Assembly (NCBI RefSeq): GCF_009914755.1
Contig: NC_060940.1
Strand: one strand, 5' to 3'
Source: the human T2T-CHM13v2.0 reference genome, Homo sapiens
Length of the DNA: 64,000 nt
Part shown: piece by piece, positions 1 through 19,153 of the stretch
Layout: each line of letters opens with the position of its first letter
Numbering within the stretch: position 1 is the first letter of the stretch
The notes under the pieces: generated by a model
Seen by the model: only the letters and a program-made list of their open reading frames with translations
Database searches by the model: none
What the model was told of the DNA's origin: nothing
Translations under genes and position numbers: made by a program

Positions 1-413
1 TGCCCAGGCTAGACCTGAACTCCTGAGCTGAAGAGATCTGCCCACCTCAGCCTCCCAAAGTGCTAGGTTTATAGGCATGAGCCACCATGCCTAGCCATAT
101 AATTTATTTAGAGTTAATTTTTGTATATGCTGTGAGGAAAGCATACAACTTCATTCTTTTGTATTGGATATTCAGTGGTCCTAGCATTTAATGTTTGTTT
201 TTATTATTATTATTATTTTTTTTTGAGACAGAGTCTTGCTCTGTCACCCAGGCTGAGGTACAGCAGCACAATCACAGCTTACTGCAGCCTTGACCTCCCA
301 GGCTCAAGCAACGCTCCCACCTCAGCCTCCCAAGTTGCTGGAACTACATATGTGCCCCACCACCCTGGTTAATAATATTTTTTTTAGAGATGAGATCTCA
401 CTATGTTGCCTAG

Positions 414-515
<102 letters not shown>

Positions 516-560
516 TAAGACTATTTTCCCTCCACAGAACTGTCTTGCCACCTTTGCTGA

Positions 561-1285
<725 letters not shown>

Positions 1286-1713
1286 TCTTGGGGAACCTGA
1301 AGCCCAGTAGGTGCTCCAGTCCTGTGGGCTGACCAGCTTGACCAGCTAAGCCTCTTATCCTGGAGGAAGTCCCAGGACTGGCTTCTTCTTGGCTACCTTG
1401 TCCTCCAAATGGAGAGTATGAGGAGATCTTCATAACCTTCACTTCTCTGAGATTCTGTGGAATTATTTCTCTGCAGCTTCATGAGCTAGAGCAAATATCA
1501 TGGTTTTTAAGAGCAGAAGTAACTTTTTAAGTTAAAAAGTCATGGAAGCAAATTTATTATTGCACTACTTAGGAGGTGTGCATGGGACTAATTGTAGAAA
1601 AGAAATATTTGTCATTTTTGAAAATGAGGTATTAAACACTATGATTAACTGAAATTTGATATTCAGAAAAGTATCACTTGTGTTTTTCCAGAACGCATAA
1701 AAATGATTCATAA

Positions 1714-2056
<343 letters not shown>

Positions 2057-3005
2057 TAGCCAGGATGGTCTCAATCTCCTGACCCTGTGATCCACCCGCC
2101 TCAGCCTCCCAAAGTGCTGGGATTAGAGGCGTGAGCCACTGCGCCCGGCCAACCTTTACTTTTAAAGAAAAAGCACTAGAAAAGACTATATTAAAAAAAA
2201 AAACTACCTGAAAAAGAGCAAAGTTGCTTATGCTGGGTTTTCTGTGATAAAATAGTTAATGTTTTGGGTCATATTAATGCAGCTAGCTACTTACCTTTAA
2301 AAAAAACTTTTTATTTTGGAATTATTTTAGCTTTATAGAAAAGTCCGAGAGGCAGTACAGAGTCCCTATAGATCTTCCCCACCCCCAGCTTCCCCTCATG
2401 TTAACATCTCATATAATAAATTATTGTTGGTACAAGACTACAGAACTGGGCACAGTGGCTCACACCTGTAATCAAGAACTTTGGGAGGCCAAGGCAAGCA
2501 AATCTCTTGAGGTCTGGAGTTCGAGACCAGTCTGGACGACATGGTGAAACCGTGTCTCTATTAAAAATACGATAATTAGCCAGGCGTAGTGGTGCGTGTC
2601 TGTAGTCTCAGCTACTTGGGAAGCTGAGGTGGGAGGATCACTTTGAGCCCATGAGTGTGAGGTTACAGTGAGCCATGGTTGTATCACTGCACTCCAAGCA
2701 ATATACCAAGACCCTGTCTCTCAAAAAAAGAAAACTAACCTATAGACTTTATTTGGATTTCATCAGTGTTTTCACTAATGCCCTTTTTGTGTTCGGAGGT
2801 GTAATCTGGGATCTGATCCCACATTCATTTTTGTGTGCGTGTGTGTGTTTTTTTGTTTTTGTTTTTTTTTTGTTTTTGTTGTTTTTTGGTTTTTTTGAGT
2901 TGGAGTCTCGCTCTGTTGCCCAGGCTGGAGTGCAATGGTGAGATCTTGGCTCACTGCAACCTCTGCCTCCCAGGTTAAAGCAGTTCTTCTGTGTCTGCCT
3001 CCTGA

Positions 3006-3288
<283 letters not shown>

Positions 3289-3921
3289 TGATCCACCCGC
3301 CTCAGCCTCCCAAAGTGCTGGGATTACAGGCATGAGCCACTGCGCCCAGCCACGCCTGACTAATTTTTATATTTTTACTGGAGAGGGAGTTTAGCCATGT
3401 TAGCCAGGCTGATCTTGACCTCTTGACCTAAAGTAATCCACCCACCTCAACCCCCCAGAGTTCTGGAATTACAAACGTCAGCCACCTCGCCCAGCCCAGA
3501 TTGTCATCTTTGGAAATGCACTAAGCCCAGCCAACAATCAAGGGAGGGGACTTAAGCTCCATTTCCTGGAGGGGGAAGTGTCCGCACATACTGTTTAGAA
3601 TTCCTCTTAAGGAAGATTTGTCCCTTCTCCAACATTTATGTATTCAGTTATTTGTATCAGCTTGGACTCATGGATATTTATTTTGTTATCTGGGTTATAA
3701 TCCCGACCACTGGCTTCCAAGGCAGGACCTCAGCTCTGAGGATCAGTTTTCTTTGTAACTGGCATTTCTGACTTCAAGCATCTGCTGCCCAAGGCCATTG
3801 GCTCTGGACCAGGCCTCCATCTCCCCAGGGACAGAGTGGAGTGATGGGGACACTGGGAAGGGAGGTTGTTGGGTAGCAGTAATAGAGGTCATGGTTGACA
3901 TAATAGGACTTTTTTTCCTGA

Positions 3922-4215
<294 letters not shown>

Positions 4216-4439
4216 TAGTAGAGATGGGGTTTCACCGTGTTAGCCAGGATGGTCTTGATCTCCTGACCTCGTGATCCACCCGCCTTGCCTCCCAAAGTGC
4301 TGGGATTATAGGCGTGAGCCACCGCGCCTGGCCTCTCTCTTTTATTTTATTTAATTTGTTTATTTTTTATAGTGATGAGGTCTCGCTATGTTGCCCAGGC
4401 TGGTCTCGAACTCCTGGGCTTAAGTGATCCTCCCGCCTT

Positions 4440-6090
<1,651 letters not shown>

Positions 6091-6232
6091 GAAAGAGCCC
6101 AATTTACGTATTTCACGATTCCCTTCTTGTTACAGCTTAACGAGATTTTTTTATTTTCCTGACTTTTCGCTTTGGAGAATTAGTCAATAGTTTAGGTCTG
6201 TCTTGTTCGTTTACTATGGGGTTTGAATTTGA

Positions 6233-6513
<281 letters not shown>

Positions 6514-6665
6514 TGATCCGCCCGCCTCGGCCTCCCAAAGTGCTGGGATTACAAGCGTGAGCCACCGCGCCCGGCCCCTTTGGGGCCCTTTTGTACAGCT
6601 CAGAGTTGGCCTGGCTGCAGGGCTGGGACTATGGAATGGCAAGGAGGTGCCTCAGGTGCCAAATA

Positions 6666-6742
6666 TTAGGTTGGTGAAAATTAATTGCGGTTTTGTCATT
6701 GAAAGCAATGGCAAAACCGCAATTACTTTTGCACTAACCTAA
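6666..6742. mobile_element. MADE1 (Hsmar1-derived MITE)
   Basis: About 77-bp palindrome TTAGGTTGGTG...AATTGCGGTTTT / AAAACCGCAATT...CACTAACCTAA flanked by TA (6664-65 and 6743-44). Confidence 0.9.
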
Positions 6743-6999
6743 TATAAGGAGGCGTGCAGTCTGGGGGTCAGAGTGAGTGTGGAGGTCTCGGAGAATGGCT
6801 GCTGGCCTGGAGGAGGCTGCTAGGTCTGGGTCCCTGCCAGCCTTGTGGGGACCAACTGCTGTATCTTGCAGGAATTTGCACGCTGGGTATGCAAGAGGCT
6901 TCATCTTTTTTGGAGTCTGGGAGCGCTGCAGTGGCAGAACCGACACGGCGGGAGGCGCTAGAGGACCCGGGGTGGACTCGGACGTGGGGTCAGGGAACC

Positions 7000-7330
7000 T
7001 GGCATTTATTCCTGCCCGGACCGCCCACTCATGCTGCGGAGTGTGGGAGGCGTGGGGAGATCGGCCGCCAGAGGGACGTGCGCCGTAGCCAATCAGCGTG
7101 TGAAGCAGGGCGCTATGTGGTTGGGGCCTCCCGTAACTCTTTACGGCCCCAGAGTGGCCCCCAGGTCCCCGGCATCCCCACATCGCCCTGTGAGGCAGAT
7201 GAGCAGAGCCGGAAGGGCCGCACGGGAGGAACAGGGGTTGGCTTGTCCGGAGGCGGACGGATAACGCGACCCCGATCCCTGCGGTACTCTGCAGTCATGT
7301 GACTCGCCGCCTGGCGCATTTCTTCAAGTG
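7000..7330 (+). promoter_or_regulatory. CpG-rich internal/alternative promoter of FLYWCH2 with CCAAT box
   Basis: Local CpG enrichment, GCCAATCAG at about 7088 and ETS-like CCGGAAG at about 7209, lying 0.6 kb upstream of a good internal exon. Confidence 0.6.
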
Positions 7331-7858
7331 CCCACCCCCTCGAGAAGGTGCCCCTGGGGTGGGGGCTTCACATCTGCTTTTGTTTAGTGGTCAGAGGACG
7401 ACAGAGGGAAGCTCTCAGGACAAGGCCCCCAACCCTGTACTCCAGTCCTGCATCCTTAGGCCCCTCTCATGGACAATAGGGTCTTAGAAAAAGCACCAGG
7501 GTGCTGGGCATGGACCCCTCAGGACAGACGCATTGGGAGGGGTCCAAGGTAACCATGAGAACCTCAAGCCCAGGTTGGGGAATCGGCCCGAGGGGAAAGT
7601 GGGTGTCTCTGGGCCTTGTCCTGCCTGGGTCCTGGACAGGGGGCTAGGTGGCTGCCCAAGCTGCAGTCTTGTGTCTAGGCTAAAACTGTAAGCTGGGAAA
7701 GACCCCATGGTCTGCCCACCACCCAGTCGACCCCCAAAAGACAGAAAGGCCACCCCACACTGGCCTGGAGCCCCAGTCCTGAGGTGCTGCAGCACCAGTG
7801 TGGGGTGGCCCGGCACTTGCCCCTACAGGGTTACAACCCATCCTTTCTGCTTCTCCAG

Positions 7859-7959
7859 GCCAGAAGCCAAGGAGTCCTCAGTGACCGTGGGATCCACAAC
7901 ATCTCCACATCGCTGTCCCCACCCAGCCAGGGCAGCGCCAGCACTAGCTCAGACGCAAG
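7859..7959 (+). other. FLYWCH2: FLYWCH2 5'-UTR exon (non-coding)
   Basis: Acceptor cctttctgcttctccAG (7857-58) and donor AAG|gttggt at 7960; a homologous exon-like segment exists at 41429-41522 in FLYWCH1. Confidence 0.6.
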
Positions 7960-9088
7960 GTTGGTGTGAGAACCAGTGGGTGTGGCCAGGCGCGGTGGCT
8001 CACGCTTGTAATCCCAGCACTTTGGGAGGCTGAGGCGGGCAGATCACGAGGTCAGGAGATCGAGACCACGGTGAAACCCCGTCTCTACTAAAAATACAAA
8101 AAATTAGCCGGGCGTGGTGGCGGGCGCCTGTAGTCCCAGCTACTCGGAGAGGTTGAGGCAGGAGAATGGCATGAACCCGGGAGGCGGAGCTTGCAGTGAG
8201 CCAAGATCGTGCCACTGCACTCCAGCCTGGGCGACAGAGCGAGACTCCGTCTCCAAAACAAACAAACAAAAAGAACCAACGAGCAGAGGAGCATGTGGGC
8301 CTTCAGACAGGGATGTGGCTGGATCTGGTTGTCCCACCTGCCAGGGCCAGCTGCAGTGCTATGGTCTGCAAAGTGCTGGCAGGTGCCTGGCCCATGCTCC
8401 CTGTGACAACACAAACTGAGCTAATGTCCCCAGAGTGTTTAGCTCTGATGCTTGGTGCCCAGGGACACTGATGTCTGTTAACATGGACAAAGTACACCAG
8501 ATGCTGTGTGGTCATGGGCTCTGTGTCCACTCCATCTCTGCCACTCTGTGGCTGTGTGGATCACCCTGGCATGTCTCAGTGTCCTCAACTGTGACTGGGT
8601 CCATAAGAACAGCCTGCTGTCATAACAGGGGTGGGAGGTGGGACTGGAAACAGTCCTCAGGGTGGAAACCCTTCGTCCGTGCTCAGCATGTGAGAGGCCC
8701 ATTGGTAGTGGCTGAGTTCTTAGTCCATTAGTCATTCTGATGGCCCCTTGTGGAGGGTGTTTACTGTGCACCTTTTCCAGATGGGGAAAGTGGGGTTGGA
8801 TGGGGCTGACGTACCCAAGGCTGCCAGGAGAGGAACTGGCAGAGCAGAAGCCTAGTTCCATCAGGCCCCCTGTCAGTCTTGGCCCCAGCGAGCAGTGAGG
8901 CAGCCCCATCTGCCCCACCTCCCTCCCAGATCCACGTCTAGAGCCTCCCAAGGGCTTCCACCACTGACGGGATTTTGCTTCCTTCCTTAGGACGGAACCG
9001 CTGGACTCCAGGTTCCTTGCCTGGGAGTAGGAGAAATCCACCTGCTGGGGGCTGAGTGTGGCCTGAGGGACAGGCCCTGGGTCCCGGG

Positions 9089-9410
9089 ATGCCCCTGCCC
9101 GAGCCCAGCGAGCAGGAGGGTGAGAGTGTGAAGGCCAGCCAGGAGCCATCCCCCAAGCCAGGCACAGAAGTCATCCCGGCAGCCCCCAGGAAGCCCAGAA
9201 AGTTCTCCAAACTGGTCCTGCTCACAGCCTCCAAAGACAGCACCAAGGTGGCGGGGGCCAAGCGCAAGGGTGTGCACTGTGTCATGTCCCTGGGGGTGCC
9301 CGGCCCCGCCACCCTTGCCAAGGCCCTCCTCCAGACCCACCCCGAGGCCCAGCGGGCCATTGAGGCAGCCCCTCAGGAGCCTGAGCAGAAACGGAGCAGG
9401 CAGGACCCAG
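9089..9410 (+). CDS. FLYWCH2: FLYWCH family member 2, first coding exon (exon 8991-9410)
   Basis: ATG at 9089, MPLPEPSEQEGESVKASQEPSPKPGTEV...RSRQDP; acceptor ttccttccttAG at 8990; donor CAG|gtgagg at 9411, phase 1. Confidence 0.95.
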
Positions 9411-10596
9411 GTGAGGCTCCACAGCGGCCCCCCAGGACAGCTCGGCACCTCCCAGGGTGGCCCCCACAGCCGCGCTGGCTCCATCAGGCGCTTCTCCCTG
9501 GCATGCGGGTCCTTGTTCCCTGACTTTGACCACGTGTGGAGAGCAGTGGCACAGGGGTTAGGGCACAGGCCTGGGCATCCGCCGACCTCCAACCCTGCCT
9601 CTGAGCGGCCTTGCCTCTCTGTGTCTGTTCCCCACTCTGGAATGCGCTGCCCACTGGCTCCTTCACAAGGGAGGGTCTGAGGGTGCGGCGGGGCCCACAG
9701 GCAGCTGCCGTCAGCTTCAAGGTCTTGGCTCGCAGCTGTTCGATGAGGGTCTCTAAGACCGGGGGCTTGATGGGTCACCTTTCCATATGTTCTAGAAAGC
9801 TTCTTTGGTCTCACTCACCGTTCAGTCACTTAGTAACATCCACTGAACAGCAGCTGTGTGCAGGCTGGGCTCTGGAGACTCGAGTCACGCAGGATGAGAC
9901 TCCCAGCAGACTAAGGCAGTGACCTCAGCCTGGCTCTCCGGGACTGCCCCTGCTCTCCCTACCTCCTCTGCACAATCACCCCCCACCAAGCCTCCGGGGA
10001 GATACAGCTCAGGGCTCACAGGTCCCATGGGAGAGTGGGGCTGGGGGTGTGGCCCTAGCTGCTGCGGGCTGGCTGGAGGTGATGGGGCAGGTTCATTCCC
10101 TGTGCTTTGCTGTGGGAGTGATGGGATGGATGGAGGCACTGAGCATCTTCAGTCCCTGCTCCCACTCCCCAGGGCCCTTGGCTCTGCCCCTGCTGTGTAC
10201 TAGACCTTTCAGCTAGACTTGGGGAACATAGTCAGGTGGGCCATGGTAGCAGAGATGGGATGAGAGCAGGGCTGCCCCTTTCCCTGCACCCAGCTCTCCC
10301 TGAGGTGGCCCAGGCCATGCCCTGCTGTCCCCTGCAGGAGGACAGGTCCCCTCCTGGCCCCACAGCAGGTCCTGCCTCTGGGCTCTACCAGGGCAGGCAG
10401 CGGTGGGGGCAGGGCCCTAGGCAGCAGAGGAAATGGGCTGGGTACACCTTTTGAACTGGAAGTTCCAGGGAGATGGGGCAGGGGGCTGCCCAGTGGGTGG
10501 GAAGAAGGTGAGTTGGGGTTTCTTCCCAACTGGGAGTGGGCTCTGCCGTGCCCTGAGAAGAAGAGGCGTAGCAGGTGGCCTTGGCTTGTGACCTCT

Positions 10597-10651
10597 GAAC
10601 AGGTGGTCCCCTGGGGTCAGCCAGAACAGGTGGTCCCCTGGGGTCAGCCAG
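10597..10651. repeat. 27-bp tandem duplication
   Basis: gaacaggtggtcccctggggtcagcca x2. Confidence 0.9.
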
Positions 10652-11687
10652 GGCACTCAGCCTGGCAGCCCATTGTGAGAAAAGGTTCCTTCAGTTTGCT
10701 GGCCGTGCAGGGACCCTGCCTCACTGATGGAAATTGAGGGGTGAGTGGCCTGAGGTCACAGAGGGTCACAGCCCCACAGCCTCCCTGGGGCTGAGACCCC
10801 AGAATGCCTGAGATGGTGGTGTCCGCAGCCACAGGCTTGGAGCTTTCAAGGAACCTAATGGACCCCTCGGCCTCCATCCCTCTGCTGGAGTCTCAGGCCT
10901 GGTGTGAGCAGTGCTCTGGGACTCAGAGGGACCCCGTCCTCCCAGAGCCGGTGGGAGTGCCTGGCTCTTACTGCGAAGCCCCCACCATCCAGTCCTGCTC
11001 TGAGAGCCTCTGCCTGTCCCCCTGGCTTCTCCTGCCAACCTTGGGCAGAGGATGCAGTCCCCATGGCCTGTGGGAGGCAGGGCTCAGAGGAGCGAAGTCG
11101 CCACTCTGAGGCCACCAGGAGGTCCCTGCAGAGGGCAGAGGGGGTTGGAGTCTGGCTCAGGATCTGTTACACCTGAGCTCTGTGGAATGAGACCATCTCA
11201 AGGTCCTCCCAGCCCCTTTGAGACTCCTGCTCACTGCTGGGATCCATCTAGGCCTGGGGCCGTGGTGCCTTTGTGAGAATTGGAGCACAGCCATCTTCGC
11301 CAGATGAAAGGCAGAGCAGGGCTCCATCAGGCGCCAGGGGTCCCGCAGGCAATCACCCTCAGGCATCGACCACCCCCATCTGCCAACTCCTCCATCCTTC
11401 CATCCCCACCCCAGGTCCAGCAGAGGCGATGGCTGCGGCTTCCCAGTGCTCAGCACAAACTTGGCCTCAAGTTTCCTGGAAATGACTTTAGCAGCTTTTG
11501 TGGCCCTGGCCTGGTGGCCTTGGGAGCAGCGTCCCTGAGTGGCAGTCACTTCTCAGTCAGGCAGAGGCTTCTGGCCCTGGAGCATCCACTGGTTGGGGTG
11601 AGAGTGAGGCCTGGTAGACCCCCAACAGCCAAGCTGAGCCCTCCCATCTCCATTGACACCAGCCTGATCCACCCTCTTCTCTCGCAG

Positions 11688-11788
11688 GCACAGACAGAAC
11701 AGAAGACAGTGGATTAGCAGCGGGGCCTCCTGAGGCTGCTGGGGAGAACTTTGCCCCCTGCTCTGTGGCGCCCGGCAAGTCCCTGTAA
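11688..11788 (+). CDS. FLYWCH2: FLYWCH2 last coding exon
   Basis: Acceptor ctcttctctcgcAG; continues the frame as GTDRTEDSGLAAGPPEAAGENFAPCSVAPGKSL*; total CDS 322+101=423 nt = 140 aa. Confidence 0.93.
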
Positions 11789-11974
11789 CCTTGACAACAG
11801 GCGCATCCTCCCAGGCCACCAACCCAGCCATAGGCTCTTCTCTGTCCGCAGGGCTTCTGGGGCCAAATGGGTGAATCTTTGCTTTCAACATTGTGTGATT
11901 TCTTTTCTTTTTTTTTTTTTTTTTTAGATCAAGTATAAGTTACTTTTGTAAGCAGAAAAATACTTTCAAACAAG

Positions 11975-11980
11975 AATAAA
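11975..11980 (+). terminator. FLYWCH2 polyadenylation signal
   Basis: AATAAA about 190 nt after the stop codon, preceded by a U-rich 3'UTR. Confidence 0.8.
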
Positions 11981-12499
11981 AGAAGCTGTTCGCTAGACCC
12001 CATAATGGGCAGGTTTTAAACATCCCAGGCTTCTGGGTCCTTTGAGGCTCAGCTCTGATGCCACCACCCCTGGGTCTCCGCACCCCAGCCCTTACTGGGC
12101 CCTTCCAAAGTGCCCCTTAGTCACTGCCCTCCCTGACCCAAGTCTCGCTTCCTCCATGAAGCCTCCCAGACTGACAGCTCCCAGGCACTAAGGGAGCTCA
12201 GGCTTGCTGAGAATGGTAGCTCCAGGATTCTGCTGAGGGAGAGGTAGGCCTGCAGCTCATGGGTGGGTTCAGGGAGGAACCTGACAAAAGCACATGCGGC
12301 CTGCCTGTCATGTTCTTTCCAGGGGATTTGTGGGCTGAGGAAACCTGAGTTCCTGCCCTGGCCCCCTGGGTGCCATCCCTGCTGGAGGGGAGATGAAGGA
12401 AGCACAGCTACCCTACTTGAGCTCCCAAGTCAGCGAGCCTCCAGGAGGCTTCCCATGAGTCCTCATTCTTTGACAACTGCCTCTGGGCTCAAGGCAATG

Positions 12500-16520
<4,021 letters not shown>

Positions 16521-16829
16521 TATGTTTTTTCATAATGTGTTACAAATGTCTTCCTTCTTATGAATGCTGCACAACATTCTTTTTGCTGCTTGATGCCCAC
16601 TGCAGGGATGCGTGAAATCCACTAGCTCCAGTGGCCAGACACATCCCGGTTGCCTCCAGGTTGTAAGCAATCCTGAAATAGCCTCGTATGTTCCTAGGAC
16701 AGAGTTCTAGAAGTGAGATTGCCGAACTGGAAGAATGCAAGTTACATTCAACCCACGTCCTGCGAATGCCGATCTCTCCGGCATTTGTCAACACCTGGTT
16801 TTATCATCAAGAAGAAAACAGTAATAACG

Positions 16830-18130
16830 CGTCCTCCGCTTGGCCCTAGCGTGCACAGCCTCTGCGCTTTTCACCTCGAGGTCTCATTTTCCTTGGACAG
16901 CACCGAGCGCTGGGCAGGGCCTCATCCGGGTTCAGGGCCGGAATCTGGAGACGTTCTGGCCGATGCTCCTGACGGCCGGGAGAGGGCGCGCGCGGACTCA
17001 GCGGCGGCCCAGCAGCCTCCCCAGGACCCAGGCAGTGCTGGCAGCCAGGAGTGCGGTTCCGCCCCGCAGCCTCAGTCCCGCTCCGCCCACCCGCCTGACC
17101 CCCACCCGGGCTCCTTACGGCCCAGACACCGGCTCTAAGGTGGCTTCTGCAGGGATGGGAGGTGGGCGACTGGGAGGGGTGGAGGGGGCCTGTGTGTTGA
17201 CCCTGCGGGTGGCAGCCGTTGGGAAATTGCAATGGCGTCCACACTGTCGCTGCCCAGGGCGCGAGCCGCAGCCTCTCCTCCCGTCTCGCTTCCTCCGACA
17301 GGCGCCCGACTCGGACACACGGCGCCCCTGTGGTTACCACATCCACTGCTTTTTGGTCTCCTCACCCAACCCCTTAACATAAACTCGACACCAGGGAAGG
17401 CATCTTGGACGATTTTGGTCCCTGAGGGTCCTAGTGCGAAGGGCAGGGAGAGAGGGAGCGGTGTGGTGCAGGGGGATACAGAACGCGGAGGACATCTAGG
17501 GGCTGAGGATGCGGGGACGAGGAGCGCGCGGAAGAGCCGAGGTTCCGGGGTCGGGGGGTGCGGATTTCAGAGGAACCGCCGGGGATGTGGACGGACTCGG
17601 AAGGAAGGGGTCCCAGAGAGGACGCGGGCGGCTGCAGGACACAAGAGGTGCGGGACGCAGGAGGCCGTGGGGTCGTGCGGGAGCCCAGGGCACCTCGACA
17701 TGGACCCGCCAGACCTGTGGCTCCTCCAGCGGCCGCTTTAGAGCGAGAGGAGGTGCGCAGGCCGTGAGGCGGGTCTCCCTGGGGTCTCCCAGGGAGGAGC
17801 GGCGCCCTCCCCGAGCCAGCCGAGGACGCGCAGCCAGAGGGGGGTCGGGCGGAGAGAAGAGTGCGGGCGGACCGGGACGACCCCTGGGTGATAGGAGAGC
17901 CGCAGTGAGCCCAGGGCACGGTGCTGGGGCTGCTCTGGCCGCCGCCGCCAAGCGTCACAGGAAAACAGCAACCAGGACCCCGCGGCTCCTGGCGCTTGGA
18001 CTCAGCCCGGTACCGCACCGCGTTGCTGGAGAATGTGTCCTTGGCGCGCGCTGAGCCAGGAAGGGACAGCGGGAAGGGCGGGGCCCGTGGGCAGGGGAGG
18101 GACCAGTGGGCGGGGACCGAATCAATTCGC
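16830..18130. promoter_or_regulatory. Intergenic CpG island between FLYWCH2 and FLYWCH1
   Basis: About 1.3 kb of repeat-free, very GC- and CpG-rich sequence; no recognisable protein in any frame. Confidence 0.8.
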
Positions 18131-18139
18131 TAGCGGTGA

Positions 18140-18690
18140 GCCAGTGGTCGAGGGCTAAACCAATGGGCAAGGCCTGGACCAATGGGCGAGTGCTGGACAT
18201 CAATGAATGGGGGCTGAACTAATGGGCGGGGTGGGGCCAAGGGGCGGAGCTGAGCCAATAGAAGGGAGCGGAACCAATGGGTGGGGCTGAACCAATGGGC
18301 GGGGCGGGGCCAATGGGCTAGGGCTGGGCCGGGGCTGGGCCAATGGGCGGGGCTGGACCAATGGGCGGGGCGGGGCAAAGGGCGGGGACTAAGCCGACGG
18401 AAGGGGTGGAACAAAAGGGCGGGGATGGACCAATGGGCGAGGGATGGGCTGGGCCAATGGGCGTGGCTAGACCAATGGGCGAGCGACGGGCCAATGGGCA
18501 GGGCGGGGCCAAAGGACGGGGTCTGAGCCAATGGAAGGGGGCGGTACCAATGGGTGGGGCTGAACCAATGGATGGGTTGGACCAATGGCAAGGGCTGGAC
18601 TAATGGACGAGGGATGGGCCGGGGCTGGACCAATGGGCGAGGGCTGGACCAATGGCCACGGGCTGGGCGGTGGCTGGGCCAATGGGAAAA
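18140..18690 (+). repeat. Degenerate ~18-bp tandem array of CCAAT + GC boxes
   Basis: 19 perfect CCAAT counted between 18160 and 18683, all in the same orientation; unit approximately GGGCGGGGCTGGACCAAT. Confidence 0.9.
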
Positions 18691-19153
18691 GGAGGATTTC
18701 ACCTCGTGGAATGCTCAGGGGATGAAGGGAGTATTCCTTTATCTAGCTTCTACTTTGACATAATTTCTCACCTACAGAAAAGTTGCAAGAATCCCAAAAG
18801 GAGGTTGACTGGGGTGGCTCACGTCTGTTTCCCAATGCTTTGGGAGGCCAAGGAGAGAGAATCGCTTGAGCTCAGGAGTTTGAGACCAGCCTGGGGAACA
18901 TAGGGAGACCACGTCTCTAGTAAAAATTAAAATTAAGACCGGGAGGGGTGGCTTACGTCTGTAATCTCAGCACTTTCGGAGGCCAAGGTGGGTGGATCAC
19001 CTGAGGTCGGAAGTTAGAGAGCAGCCTGACCAACATGGAGAAACTCAGACTCTACTAAAAATCCAAAACTAGCCGGGCGTGGTGGCGCATGCCTGTAATC
19101 CCAGCTACTCAGGAGGCTGAGGCAGGAGAATCACTTGAATCCGGGAGGCAGAG

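Noticed and set aside
8987-9814. 275-aa antisense ORF over the FLYWCH2 exon
   Set aside because: Shadow ORF of GC-rich coding sequence with no independent support.
16713-18054. Overlapping 140-195 aa ORFs in the intergenic CpG island
   Set aside because: Low-complexity Arg/Gly/Pro products expected from stop-poor GC-rich DNA, with no recognisable domain.
18130-18702. 190-aa repetitive HWP/HWF ORF on the minus strand, or a CRISPR-like array
   Set aside because: It is the translation of the CCAAT minisatellite; units are contiguous with no unique spacers and the DNA is eukaryotic.
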